This document shows, piece by piece, positions 1-16,460 of a stretch of 64,000 nt of DNA. Position 1 is the stretch's first letter; the number at the start of each line of letters is the position of its first letter. The stretch covers positions 1,784 to 65,783 of the forward strand of contig DATJFP010000071.1 of NCBI GenBank assembly GCA_035495615.1, read 5' to 3'. The stretch is from Verrucomicrobiia bacterium (lineage in GTDB: Bacteria; Omnitrophota; Omnitrophia; Omnitrophales; Aquincolibacteriaceae). A program made the translations under genes and the position numbers. The notes under the pieces are model-generated. The model saw only the letters and a list, made by a program, of their open reading frames with translations. It did not search any database and was not told the DNA's origin.

Positions 1-2
1 TC

Positions 3-1922
3 ATGGTCGACAGCGCGGTCGTCGTCATGGAAAACACGTTCGTGAAAAAAGAAAAAGGAATGGGCGACGGGCAGGCCATACGCGAAGCCGCCGAAGAAGT
101 GTGGCTGCCTCTTTTGTCGTCGCTCATCACGACCTGCATCGTGTTCGTGCCGATCACCTTCATCGACAAGAAAATCCAGGAGACCTATTCCGGTTTCGCG
201 CTCACGGTGACGTCGTCGCTCATCATTTCCTTTTTCGTGGCGCTCATGCTGATTCCCGTCATGCTCATGCAATGGGGGCGTGGACGCATCAAAGTCGAGA
301 AGAGGGAGCCCGGCCAGGAGCGCAGCGGCCTGCAGCGTACGTATGCGGGCATCATGAAGTTTAATCTCATGTTCCGTTATCCGGTGGCCGCCGCGACGAT
401 TGCGCTGTTCTGTCTGGCCAGCTACAACATCGTCACGCGCGATATCGACTTTCCCACGACGCTCGAAGAAAACGAATTCCAGGTCATCATCTTTCCGCTG
501 GCCGGAGCGCGCCTGGAGGCCAACGACGAGGCCGTAACCAAGGTGGAAGAGCTCATCCACAAGGTCCCGGACGTGGACATGATCTCGTCCACGGTGAGAA
601 AGGACGACGTCCGCGTTTTCGTCCGGCTGAAGCCCAAGGAAGAAAGGCAGTATTCGAAAGAAGAAATCATGCAGATGATCGACGAGAAAGGCAATGAACT
701 GGTCAAGGAGATCCACGACGATTACAGTTTGATTCTGGACGAAGGCGCGTCGTCTTCCGAGCAGAAAAAACTGGTCGTGAACATCTTCGGCTACGAGAAC
801 GACGTGCTGGAAAAGCTGGCGCGCGAATTCGCCAACCGCATGTCGAAGGTGGACGGCCTGGTCAACGTGGTCATGACCGACCTGCGCAAACGCCCGGAAT
901 ATTCGCTGGTGATCGACAAGGGACGCGCGGCCATCTACGGGCTGACCGTGAAAAATGTGGCGGATTCGGTTCATGCCCTTGTCCGCGGCATGCGGCCCAC
1001 TAAATTTCACGAACTGACCAACGGCCAGGAGATCGAGACCATCACGCGCCTGCAGGCCATCTACCGGCAAAAGATCGAAGACCTGAAGCTGATCTACATT
1101 GCGAGTCCCAAAGACGGCCATCAGATTCCGCTGGGCGAGATCGCGTCTTTTTACGCGACGACCGGGCCTCAGACCATCGACCGCAAAGACAAATACCGCT
1201 ACGTGTTCGTGAAAGGGGACTGCAAAACGGCGCTCGAAACTGTGGCCAAGCAGGTCCAGGAAGCCGTCAAAGATGTGCCGCTGCCGGACGATTATTATTG
1301 GAGGTTCGGCGGCAGCTATGAAGAGCTGGTCGGAGGAAAGTCGGACATGAACGTCGCGCTCATTCTCACGGTGGCGCTTGTCTACATGGTGCTGGCCTGC
1401 ACCTTTGAGAGTTATTTTTTGCCCGCGATCCTCATGCTCTCGGTCCCGATGGCGAGTATCGGCATCTGGCTCGCGCTCACGATCGGGAGAAAGCCGCTCA
1501 GCCAGCCGGTGTTCATCGGCATGATTCTTCTGGCGGGGTACGTGGTCAATGCTTCCATTATGATGGTCGATGCCATGAAGGCGCTCATGGCGCAAAAAGG
1601 AATGTCGCGCAGGGAAGCGCTCATCGAAGCGGGCTGCGACCGCATCCGCCCGATCATGATGACAACGACGTCCACGATCCTGGGGTTCGTTCCCATGGCG
1701 ATCAGTTCGAGCGAATCGAGCAATCTCTGGTCGCCGCTGGCCGTCACCGTGATCGGCGGGCTGCTCAGCTCGACCATCCTGACGCTTTTCATCATGCCTA
1801 ATTTTATTTTAATTTCTGACGACTTCGGCGTGCTCGTGAGAGGGACTTTTGGAATCGCGATGAAGACGATCGAGACCGCGAAGAGCCTTGTGTTTGCGAA
1901 AATCATGAGAAAAAATACCTAA
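3..1922 (+). CDS. RND (AcrB/HAE-type) efflux transporter permease, C-terminal ~640 aa; 5' end lies outside the window
   Basis: Translation shows the second large periplasmic loop plus C-terminal TM bundle typical of RND pumps; the ORF runs to the window edge. Confidence 0.8.
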   Translation: MVDSAVVVMENTFVKKEKGMGDGQAIREAAEEVWLPLLSSLITTCIVFVPITFIDKKIQETYSGFALTVTSSLIISFFVALMLIPVMLMQWGRGRIKVEKREPGQERSGLQRTYAGIMKFNLMFRYPVAAATIALFCLASYNIVTRDIDFPTTLEENEFQVIIFPLAGARLEANDEAVTKVEELIHKVPDVDMISSTVRKDDVRVFVRLKPKEERQYSKEEIMQMIDEKGNELVKEIHDDYSLILDEGASSSEQKKLVVNIFGYENDVLEKLAREFANRMSKVDGLVNVVMTDLRKRPEYSLVIDKGRAAIYGLTVKNVADSVHALVRGMRPTKFHELTNGQEIETITRLQAIYRQKIEDLKLIYIASPKDGHQIPLGEIASFYATTGPQTIDRKDKYRYVFVKGDCKTALETVAKQVQEAVKDVPLPDDYYWRFGGSYEELVGGKSDMNVALILTVALVYMVLACTFESYFLPAILMLSVPMASIGIWLALTIGRKPLSQPVFIGMILLAGYVVNASIMMVDAMKALMAQKGMSRREALIEAGCDRIRPIMMTTTSTILGFVPMAISSSESSNLWSPLAVTVIGGLLSSTILTLFIMPNFILISDDFGVLVRGTFGIAMKTIETAKSLVFAKIMRKNT

Positions 1923-1952
1923 CGGCACTTTTAAAATACCTTAGGAGACTTT

Positions 1953-2582
1953 ATGGAAAATCAAGAGAACACCCACGTGACGGAAAAAACGGCGGCGAAA
2001 ACGCGCCGCCGCGCCCGCAACATCCTGATCCACAAACCCATGCAGCGCGAATTTACTTTCGTGATGATCTCGCTTCTCATGGTTTCGACGCTCGCGATCG
2101 CGTTCGTCATCCATCAGACGATCCACGACGCCGCGTTCGGGGGAGGATTCCAGTTCGGAAAAATCAACCCGTACGAGGTTTTGTCGGACGTGAGCTACCA
2201 GCTCATGATCCGCGTGAGCGCGATTTTGTTCGTCACGCTCGTTATCATCGGGGTCTTCGGAATTTTCTTCCTGCACCGCGTGGCCGGGCCCGTGTACCGG
2301 TTCCGCCAGATCTTCGTGAAGATCAATGACGGCGAATATCCGAAATACGTGCGCTTGCGCGAAGGCGACTTCTTCAACGAAACTGCGTCCGAGATCAACC
2401 GGCTCGTGCATCGGCTGCGTTTCGAATACGATCGTGACAAACAGATCAAGACGAAAGTCAGCCTGATGCTCGACGTTGCCGAATCGTCCAACCCTTCGGT
2501 CAAGAAAACCTTGAACGAATTGAAGGAAATGATGGAGCAGCAGCCGCCCGATTTGCCCGAAAAGTCATCGGGGAAAGATTAG
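1953..2582 (+). CDS. small membrane protein with 2 predicted TM helices followed by a HAMP-like segment and a coiled-coil tail; no output domain
   Basis: AGGAGA RBS 6 nt upstream. Two hydrophobic stretches, then a P..Y.F...F..I..G.Y.......GDF..E...EIN.L pattern resembling HAMP. Confidence 0.55.
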   Translation: MENQENTHVTEKTAAKTRRRARNILIHKPMQREFTFVMISLLMVSTLAIAFVIHQTIHDAAFGGGFQFGKINPYEVLSDVSYQLMIRVSAILFVTLVIIGVFGIFFLHRVAGPVYRFRQIFVKINDGEYPKYVRLREGDFFNETASEINRLVHRLRFEYDRDKQIKTKVSLMLDVAESSNPSVKKTLNELKEMMEQQPPDLPEKSSGKD

Positions 2583-2677
2583 CGTTAAAGCGCTGTGAGA
2601 AACAAAACAGATTAATAAGATCCAATTTATAGCAATAAAAATCATGACGCCTTCCGCAGCTTTTGTCATTCCAGTCC

Positions 2678-2706
2678 TTGACACTGTAAAGGTTTTCGCC
2701 TAAAAT
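2678..2706 (+). promoter_or_regulatory. sigma70-type promoter P1: TTGACA-17 nt-TAAAAT
   Basis: Perfect -35 (2678-2683), 17-nt spacer, TAAAAT (2701-2706). AT-rich upstream flank, in front of tRNA-Thr/tuf. Confidence 0.6.
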
Positions 2707-2751
2707 TCCGTTACTAATTTCGCGTTTTTTTTCAGCTTCGTAAAAATAACC

Positions 2752-2779
2752 TTGACAGTTTCCCAGCGGTTAGTAAAAT
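2752..2779 (+). promoter_or_regulatory. sigma70-type promoter P2: TTGACA-16 nt-TAAAAT with AT-rich UP-like element upstream
   Basis: TTGACA (2752-2757), TAAAAT (2774-2779). Shares the TCCGTT motif just after the -10 with P1. A T8/A-rich tract at 2720-2750 lies immediately upstream. Confidence 0.6.
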
Positions 2780-2840
2780 CTCCGTTTACCCCGACAAGAC
2801 GGGACTGTCTTTTTTTCTGTTTACTTCACTTCAGCGTTTT

Positions 2841-2913
2841 GCTGGGGTAGCTCAGTTGGTAGAGCACGTCCTTGGTAAGGACGAGGTCACGGGTTCAATC
2901 CCCGTCTCCAGCT
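2841..2913 (+). tRNA. tRNA-Thr (anticodon GGU)
   Basis: Cloverleaf folded by hand: acceptor GCTGGGG/CTCCAGC, anticodon stem CGTCC/GGACG with loop TTGGTAA, T-arm ACGGG-TTCAATC-CCCGT, discriminator T. CCA is not encoded. Confidence 0.9.
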
Positions 2914-3034
2914 GACTTCTTCATGTTCATTGAAGATACCCCAGTCGCGAAGCAAATGTCAGGCAAAATGTTTTGCGCTTTGCTGATCCAAGCGGCGCCG
3001 ACTAACAAGCAGCAATAGAGCGAGGAGAAATACC

Positions 3035-4234
3035 ATGGCAAAGGATAAATTCGAGAGATCTAAACCGCACGTGAACGTCGGAACCATTGGACACGTTGAC
3101 CATGGTAAAACGACCCTTACCTGCGCTCTGACCAAAGTGCTTGCCGCTAAAGGTATGGCCGAAGTGAAAGAATATGCGGACATTGCCAAGGGCGGAACGG
3201 TCCGCGATGCTTCGAAAATCGTGACCATCGCCGTTTCCCACGTGGAATATTCCTCCGACAAGCGCCATTATGCGCACGTCGACTGCCCGGGACACGCCGA
3301 CTACATTAAGAACATGATCACCGGCGCCGCGCAGATGGACGGCGCTATTCTCGTGGTATCGGCCGTTGACGGCCCGATGCCGCAGACTCGCGAGCATATT
3401 CTCCTCGCCCGCCAGGTCGGTGTTCCCGCCATTGTCGTTTTCCTCAACAAGATTGACCTCGTCGATGATACAGAACTTCTGGACCTCGTCGAACTCGAAG
3501 TCCGCGAGCTTCTGAACAAGTACCAGTTCCCCGGTGACTCGATTCCCGTCATCCGCGGCTCCAGCCTTCCGGCTGTCCAGAATCCGACGGATGAGAAGGC
3601 CAATGCCTGCATCATGGCCCTTGTGAAGGCCCTCGACGACAGCATTCCCGAACCCAAGCGTGACATCGATAAGCCCTTCCTGATGTCGGTCGAAGACGTG
3701 TTCTCGATCTCCGGCCGTGGTACGGTCGGTACGGGCCGTGTCGAACGCGGCCGTGTGAAGGTCGGCGAAGACGTCGAAATCATCGGTCTGCGTGAAGCGT
3801 CGATGAAGTCGACCGTCACGGGTATCGAAATGTTCCGCAAGCTGCTCGATGAAGGCGTCGCCGGCGACAACCTCGGCGTGCTCCTCCGCGGCGTGGAAAA
3901 AGAACAGCTCGAACGCGGCATGGTCATTGCGAAGCCGGGTTCCGTGAAGCCGCACAAGAAGTTCAAGGCTTCCATTTACGTGTTGAGCAAGGAAGAAGGC
4001 GGACGTCATACACCGTTTTTCAACGGTTACCGCCCCCAGTTTTATTTTCGTACAACCGACGTCACCGGTATCGTGAAGCTCCCTGCTGGCACCGAAATGG
4101 TCATGCCGGGCGATAACGTTAACGTTGAAGCCGAGTTGATCATGCCGGTCGCCATGGAAAAGGAACTGCGCTTCGCTGTTCGCGAAGGCGGCAAGACCGT
4201 GGGCGCCGGTGTCGTCAGTGAGATCTTAGATTAA
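3035..4234 (+). CDS. tuf: elongation factor Tu
   Basis: 399 aa with [17 protein letters not shown] and NKID GTPase motifs. Confidence 0.97.
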   Translation: MAKDKFERSKPHVNVGTIGHVDHGKTTLTCALTKVLAAKGMAEVKEYADIAKGGTVRDASKIVTIAVSHVEYSSDKRHYAHVDCPGHADYIKNMITGAAQMDGAILVVSAVDGPMPQTREHILLARQVGVPAIVVFLNKIDLVDDTELLDLVELEVRELLNKYQFPGDSIPVIRGSSLPAVQNPTDEKANACIMALVKALDDSIPEPKRDIDKPFLMSVEDVFSISGRGTVGTGRVERGRVKVGEDVEIIGLREASMKSTVTGIEMFRKLLDEGVAGDNLGVLLRGVEKEQLERGMVIAKPGSVKPHKKFKASIYVLSKEEGGRHTPFFNGYRPQFYFRTTDVTGIVKLPAGTEMVMPGDNVNVEAELIMPVAMEKELRFAVREGGKTVGAGVVSEILD

Positions 4235-4448
4235 GTCTGTCTTAGGCGTGTTTTCCCGGTTTTATCTCACGCATGGCGAGCTTGTCTGTTGCAGGGTGTT
4301 TACCTCGCCGTAAGAAATCCTGCAACTCTCAACGTACGACAAATCAGGATTATCTGCTGGTGCGGGTTTTTGCAGCGCATCGAGGGATGTCTTTCGGCGT
4401 TTAGGCAGAGACATTCCGGGCTCATTTTGCTCTGATGCAGATTGCTGG

Positions 4449-4526
4449 AGGCCTGTAGCTCGAACTGGCTAGAGCGGCGGTCTCCAAAACCGCATGTTGC
4501 AGGTTCGAATCCTGCCAGGCCTGCCA
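4449..4526 (+). tRNA. tRNA-Trp (anticodon CCA), 3' CCA encoded
   Basis: Acceptor AGGCCTG/CAGGCCT, anticodon stem GCGGT/ACCGC with loop CTCCAAA, T-arm GCAGG-TTCGAAT-CCTGC, discriminator G then CCA. Sits in the classical tuf-tRNA-Trp-secE position. Confidence 0.9.
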
Positions 4527-4763
4527 GTATAAAAGCTGCAGTGCGGGGCGCAGAAGTTTGAATGTGGGGCAGGATTCGAAGGGAGCACCAGTTTTCAAAC
4601 GTGACATACGTCACGGTTGATGGTGCGGGCGGTTACCGGCAAAGCCGAAACCGAATCCTGCCAGGCCGTCGCTGAAAGCGACGTTTAAGTCCCGGCGTAG
4701 CCGGTAATAAATCCCGTCGTCGTAGACGACGGCAAAAAGTAAAACTGGGAAAGCAAGAAAACG

Positions 4764-4949
4764 ATGTTCGGCAAAGTCGGCAATTTCGTCCAGGAAACAA
4801 GACAAGAGCTCAATAAAGTCACGTGGCCTAGCCGCTCCGAACTGATCCAGGCCACCGTGGTCGTTATCATTACGACCTTTATCATGGCTCTCTACATCGG
4901 CGTGATCGATTTTTTTCTTTCCAGTTTCATGAGGCTCTTGGCTAGGTGA
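4764..4949 (+). CDS. secE: preprotein translocase subunit SecE
   Basis: 61 aa with a single C-terminal TM helix, immediately upstream of nusG. Confidence 0.85.
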   Translation: MFGKVGNFVQETRQELNKVTWPSRSELIQATVVVIITTFIMALYIGVIDFFLSSFMRLLAR

Positions 4950-5488
4950 AAACAGTGGCAGAAGCAAAATGGTATGTAGTGCACACCCAGACCGGCGTTG
5001 AGGCGCGGGTGAAGGCTTCCCTGGAAGCCAGGGCGGAAACCTCGGGGATGAAGAAGTTCATCCATCAGGTCCTGATTCCGACGGAAAAGGTCAGCGAAGT
5101 CAAGGAAGGGAAGAAGCGCATCAGCGAGCGCAAATTTTTCCCCGGCTACATCCTGATTCAGATGGAGCTAAATGACGACAGCTGGTATCTCGTGCGCAAT
5201 ACCCCGGGCATTTCCGGGTTTGTGGGCTCCGGCAAGACGCCGCTGCCGCTTTCCGAGCATGACGTGGATCAGATCCTCCGTCAGCAGGAAGAAAAGACTT
5301 CGAAGCCGAAGCCGAAAGTCGATTTCGCGCTCGGCGAGAACGTGCGGGTCAAAGAAGGCTCGTTCGCGAATTTTAACGGCACCATCGAAGAAGTGAATCC
5401 TAACCGCGGCAAACTTCGCGTATCGGTCAATATTTTCGGCCGGGCAACGCCCGTCGAGCTGGAATATTGGCAGGTCGAAAAAATCTAG
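4946..5488 (+). CDS. nusG: transcription termination/antitermination factor NusG
   Basis: 180 aa with NGN and KOW regions; 4-nt overlap with secE. Confidence 0.93.
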   Translation: MKTVAEAKWYVVHTQTGVEARVKASLEARAETSGMKKFIHQVLIPTEKVSEVKEGKKRISERKFFPGYILIQMELNDDSWYLVRNTPGISGFVGSGKTPLPLSEHDVDQILRQQEEKTSKPKPKVDFALGENVRVKEGSFANFNGTIEEVNPNRGKLRVSVNIFGRATPVELEYWQVEKI

Positions 5489-5502
5489 TTTAAGGGAAGA
5501 TC

Positions 5503-5934
5503 ATGGCAAAGGAAGTCACAGCGAAAATCAAGTTGCAGGTTACGGGCGGCCAGGCCAACCCCGCGCCCCCGATCGGTCCCGCGCTCGGCCAGCACGGCGT
5601 TAACATCATGGAATTCTGCAAGCAGTTCAACGAGCGCACGAAGGACAAGCAGGGCACGGTCCTTCCCGTTGTCATCACCGTCTATAAAGACAAATCGTTC
5701 ACTTTCATTCTCAAGTCGCCTCCGGTTGCCGTGGCGCTCAAAAAGGCCGCGGGCCTTGCGAAGGCCTCGTCGGAACCGGGACGCAACATCATCGGTAAAG
5801 TCACGCGTGAGGATGTGCTCACGATCGCGCGCGGCAAAATGGCCGACCTCAACACGGCGAAGATCGAATCCGCCGTCAGGATTGTCGAAGGCACGGCCCG
5901 CAGCATGGGCCTGCAGGTCGTCGACAAGAAATAA
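5503..5934 (+). CDS. rplK: 50S ribosomal protein L11
   Basis: 143 aa starting [22 protein letters not shown]. Confidence 0.95.
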   Translation: MAKEVTAKIKLQVTGGQANPAPPIGPALGQHGVNIMEFCKQFNERTKDKQGTVLPVVITVYKDKSFTFILKSPPVAVALKKAAGLAKASSEPGRNIIGKVTREDVLTIARGKMADLNTAKIESAVRIVEGTARSMGLQVVDKK

Positions 5935-5950
5935 TTCTACGGAGTCTATC

Positions 5951-6643
5951 GTGCCGAACAAGAGAAGCAAACGTTATCAGGTCAGGGCGAAGGTCGCCGA
6001 GCGCGGCGTGCAGTATAACCTCGAAGACGCGGTGGGCCGCCTGAAAAAGGTGCCGCCCGCGAAGTTCGACGAAACCGTCTCCCTGAATTTCCAGCTCGGC
6101 ATCAAGCCGGACCAGAACGACCAGCAGATCCGCGGCGCGGTGAGCCTGCCGCACGGCTCGGGCAAAGACGTCCGCGTCGTCGTGTTCTGCAAGGGCGAAG
6201 AGGCGCGCAAGGCGGAAGCCGCCGGCGCTTCGGTGGTCGGCGCGGAAGACCTCGTTCAGAAAGTTCTCGGCGGCTGGCTGGATTTCGACGCCGTCGTCGC
6301 GCACCCGGACATGATGCGTGAAGTTTCCAAGCTCGGCCGCGTGCTTGGACCCCGCGGCCTCATGCCGACGCCGAAGACCGGCACCGTGACGCCGGATGTC
6401 GGCCGCGCCGTGAAAGAACTCAAGACCGGCCGCGTGGAATTCAAGAACGACAAGACCGCCGGCGTGCATGTTGTTTGCGGCAAGCTTTCGTTTTCCGAAG
6501 ATGCTCTGAAAGAAAATATCCGTGCCGTGGTCAAGGCCATCCGTGATGCGAAGCCGGCCACGAGCAAAGGCGAATATCTCAAGGCGGTGAACGTGGCCCC
6601 GACTCATGGCCCGGGTCTCCGCCTGGTAACCGGATCTCTGTGA
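5951..6643 (+). CDS. rplA: 50S ribosomal protein L1 (GTG start)
   Basis: The L1 homolog begins at GTG 5951 with GGAG 6 nt upstream. The ORF-track 5' extension from 5669 overlaps rplK and is rejected. Confidence 0.9.
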   Translation: MPNKRSKRYQVRAKVAERGVQYNLEDAVGRLKKVPPAKFDETVSLNFQLGIKPDQNDQQIRGAVSLPHGSGKDVRVVVFCKGEEARKAEAAGASVVGAEDLVQKVLGGWLDFDAVVAHPDMMREVSKLGRVLGPRGLMPTPKTGTVTPDVGRAVKELKTGRVEFKNDKTAGVHVVCGKLSFSEDALKENIRAVVKAIRDAKPATSKGEYLKAVNVAPTHGPGLRLVTGSL

Positions 6644-6650
6644 GGAATTT

Positions 6651-7184
6651 ATGCCATCCGTCGTGAAAGAGCTGATGATGAAGGAAATGAAGCAGGGATT
6701 CGAGAAGAATTCTTATGCTTTCGTTTCCAGCCTGGGAAAAGTGACCGTCGCCGACATCGCGGATTACCGCCGCAGCATCGAAAAGGTGGCGAGCCGTTCT
6801 TTGATGGTCAAGCACACGTTCGCCCGCAAGATTTTCCAGGAAATGAAGTACGAAGGGGCGGAAAAACTTTTGAATGGCTCTGTCCTGGTGACTTTTGGAA
6901 ATAAGGACCCGCAGGTTATTTCCAAGGCCATCGTGGATTTCTGCAAGACGAACAACAAGTTCAATGCAGCCGGGGTCATTTTTGAAAGCAAAGTCTACGA
7001 TCAGGAATTCATGAAGCAGCTTGCCGCGCTGCCTTCGCGCAAAGAACTTTTGACGCAGGTCGTTGTTCGCGTCAAATCGCCGATTTCGGGATTCGTGATG
7101 ACGCTTTCGGCCGTGATGCGCGGTTTCGTCGTGGCGCTGAATGAAGTGAAGAAAAAGCGGGAAGCAGCGCCGGCGGCGGCGTAA
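6651..7184 (+). CDS. rplJ: 50S ribosomal protein L10
   Basis: 177 aa; only a 7-nt gap after rplA, so there is no long rplJ leader. Confidence 0.92.
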   Translation: MPSVVKELMMKEMKQGFEKNSYAFVSSLGKVTVADIADYRRSIEKVASRSLMVKHTFARKIFQEMKYEGAEKLLNGSVLVTFGNKDPQVISKAIVDFCKTNNKFNAAGVIFESKVYDQEFMKQLAALPSRKELLTQVVVRVKSPISGFVMTLSAVMRGFVVALNEVKKKREAAPAAA

Positions 7185-7212
7185 AAAATATTTTATCGAG
7201 GAGGAGTGAGTC

Positions 7213-7662
7213 ATGTCAGATCAAGCGGTTCAGGAAGTAGAAGCGAAAGAAAAGAAAGCGGGTGTCAACGTGTCTGAGAAACTGCAGGGTGTGCTCAAAA
7301 CGATCGAAGAGCTGACGGTGCTCGAGCTCGCGGACCTCGTCCGTGCCCTTGAAGAGAAGTTTGGCGTCAGTGCGGCGGCGGCGGTTGCTGTTGCGGCTCC
7401 GGCTGGGGGCGGCGGTGCGGCGGCTGGCGGTGCGGCGGCGGCTGAAGAGAAGGAAGATTACACGGTCATTCTTAAGGACGGCGGAGCGAAGAAGATCCAG
7501 GTCATTAAGGAAATCCGTGCTCTTACCAATCTCGGTCTGAAAGAAGCCAAGGATCTCGTCGAAGGCGCGCCGAAGACGGTTAAGGAAGGCGTGAAGAAGG
7601 ACGAGGCCGAAAAGATTAAGAAAATTCTCGAAGAACAGGGTGCGAAGGTTGAGCTTAAGTAA
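7213..7662 (+). CDS. rplL: 50S ribosomal protein L7/L12 with long Ala/Gly hinge
   Basis: 149 aa; conserved N- and C-terminal domains with a ~30-aa A/G-rich hinge. Confidence 0.95.
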   Translation: MSDQAVQEVEAKEKKAGVNVSEKLQGVLKTIEELTVLELADLVRALEEKFGVSAAAAVAVAAPAGGGGAAAGGAAAAEEKEDYTVILKDGGAKKIQVIKEIRALTNLGLKEAKDLVEGAPKTVKEGVKKDEAEKIKKILEEQGAKVELK

Positions 7663-7746
7663 GAACTTTTCCGCGGCAGAACTCATGAAGGGTTCCCGCG
7701 CTGAAAGTGTTCTTGTATTCAACTTCACTCTGGAGGCTATCGCCCT

Positions 7747-15580
<7,834 letters not shown>

Positions 15581-15581
<1 letters not shown>

Positions 15582-15970
15582 TGGCCCCGACGATTAATCA
15601 GCTTATCAGGACCGGACGCAGGAAGTTCAAGGCGAAGACCAAATCGCCGGCCCTGCAGGCTTGCCCCTTCCGCAAGGGCGTGTGCCTGGTTGTCCGTACG
15701 CAGACGCCGAAGAAGCCGAACTCGGCCCTTCGTAAGATTGCCCGCGTGCGGTTGACCAACGGCCAGGAAGTCACGGCGTACATCCCCGGGGTCGGCCATA
15801 ACCTCCAGGAACACTCGATCGTTCTGGTGCGCGGCGGCCGCGTGAAAGACCTTCCCGGCGTCCGTTACCATATCGTCCGGGGCAAGCTGGACACCCAGGG
15901 CGTGGCTAATAGGAACCGTTCGCGGTCCAAATACGGCGCTAAAACTCCGAAAAAAGCAGCGCCCAAATAG
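15581..15970 (+). CDS. rpsL: 30S ribosomal protein S12
   Basis: 129 aa with the [10 protein letters not shown] motif; 1-nt overlap with the rpoC stop. Confidence 0.96.
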
Positions 15971-15979
15971 AGGATATCC

Positions 15980-16447
15980 ATGAGACGCAGAAGAGCACCT
16001 AAAAGACGTATTAATCCGGACCCGCTGTTTAATGACCTTGTTGTGGCGAAATTGATCAATATGGTTATGGAACGGGGTAAGAAGTCGACCGCCGAGCGTA
16101 TTGTTTATGGGGCGCTGGAGCAGGTTAAGAAAAAAACCGGAAAAGAACCACTTGAAGTTTTCCGCCAAGCCGTAGATAATGTCCGACCCCTTCTTGAGAC
16201 CAAATCCCGTCGAGTCGGTGGTGCGACGTATCAGGTTCCGATCAGTGTCCCGCCCGAAAGAGGCAGTTCACTCGCGATGCGCTGGATGAGAAATTACGCC
16301 CGTGAGCGCAAGGGTAAACCCATGCAGGACAAACTGGCGCAGGAAATCATCGACAGCTATAACCGCACGGGAACGTCGATGAAGAAAAAAGAAGACATGC
16401 ACAAGATGGCGGAATCCAACAGGGCTTTCGCCCATTATCGCTGGTAA
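15980..16447 (+). CDS. rpsG: 30S ribosomal protein S7
   Basis: 155 aa S7. Confidence 0.95.
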   Translation: MRRRRAPKRRINPDPLFNDLVVAKLINMVMERGKKSTAERIVYGALEQVKKKTGKEPLEVFRQAVDNVRPLLETKSRRVGGATYQVPISVPPERGSSLAMRWMRNYARERKGKPMQDKLAQEIIDSYNRTGTSMKKKEDMHKMAESNRAFAHYRW

Positions 16448-16460
16448 AAACGAGAATAAA

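Noticed and set aside
3002-4009. 335-aa minus-strand ORF and other minus-strand ORFs across 185-63985
   Set aside because: All lie antisense to strongly conserved + strand genes (tuf, fusA, r-proteins, secY, etc.). None has a start/RBS context or family resemblance.
4300-4614. Minus-strand ORFs overlapping tRNA-Trp
   Set aside because: They overlap a confidently folded tRNA and have no coding signal.
4640-4670. Possible second tRNA copy at the 16-nt tRNA-Trp repeat
   Set aside because: Only the T-loop/acceptor 3' half is present and no cloverleaf can be built. It is treated as a fragment or repeat, not a gene.
5669-5950. ORF-track 5' extension of rplA (also rplF from 25858, rplO from 27344, adk from 28613, hisG from 45188, glmU from 50698, rpsF from 54722, ssb from 54970)
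   Set aside because: The extensions overlap the upstream gene or promoter in another frame. The conserved N-termini and RBSs identify the downstream starts.
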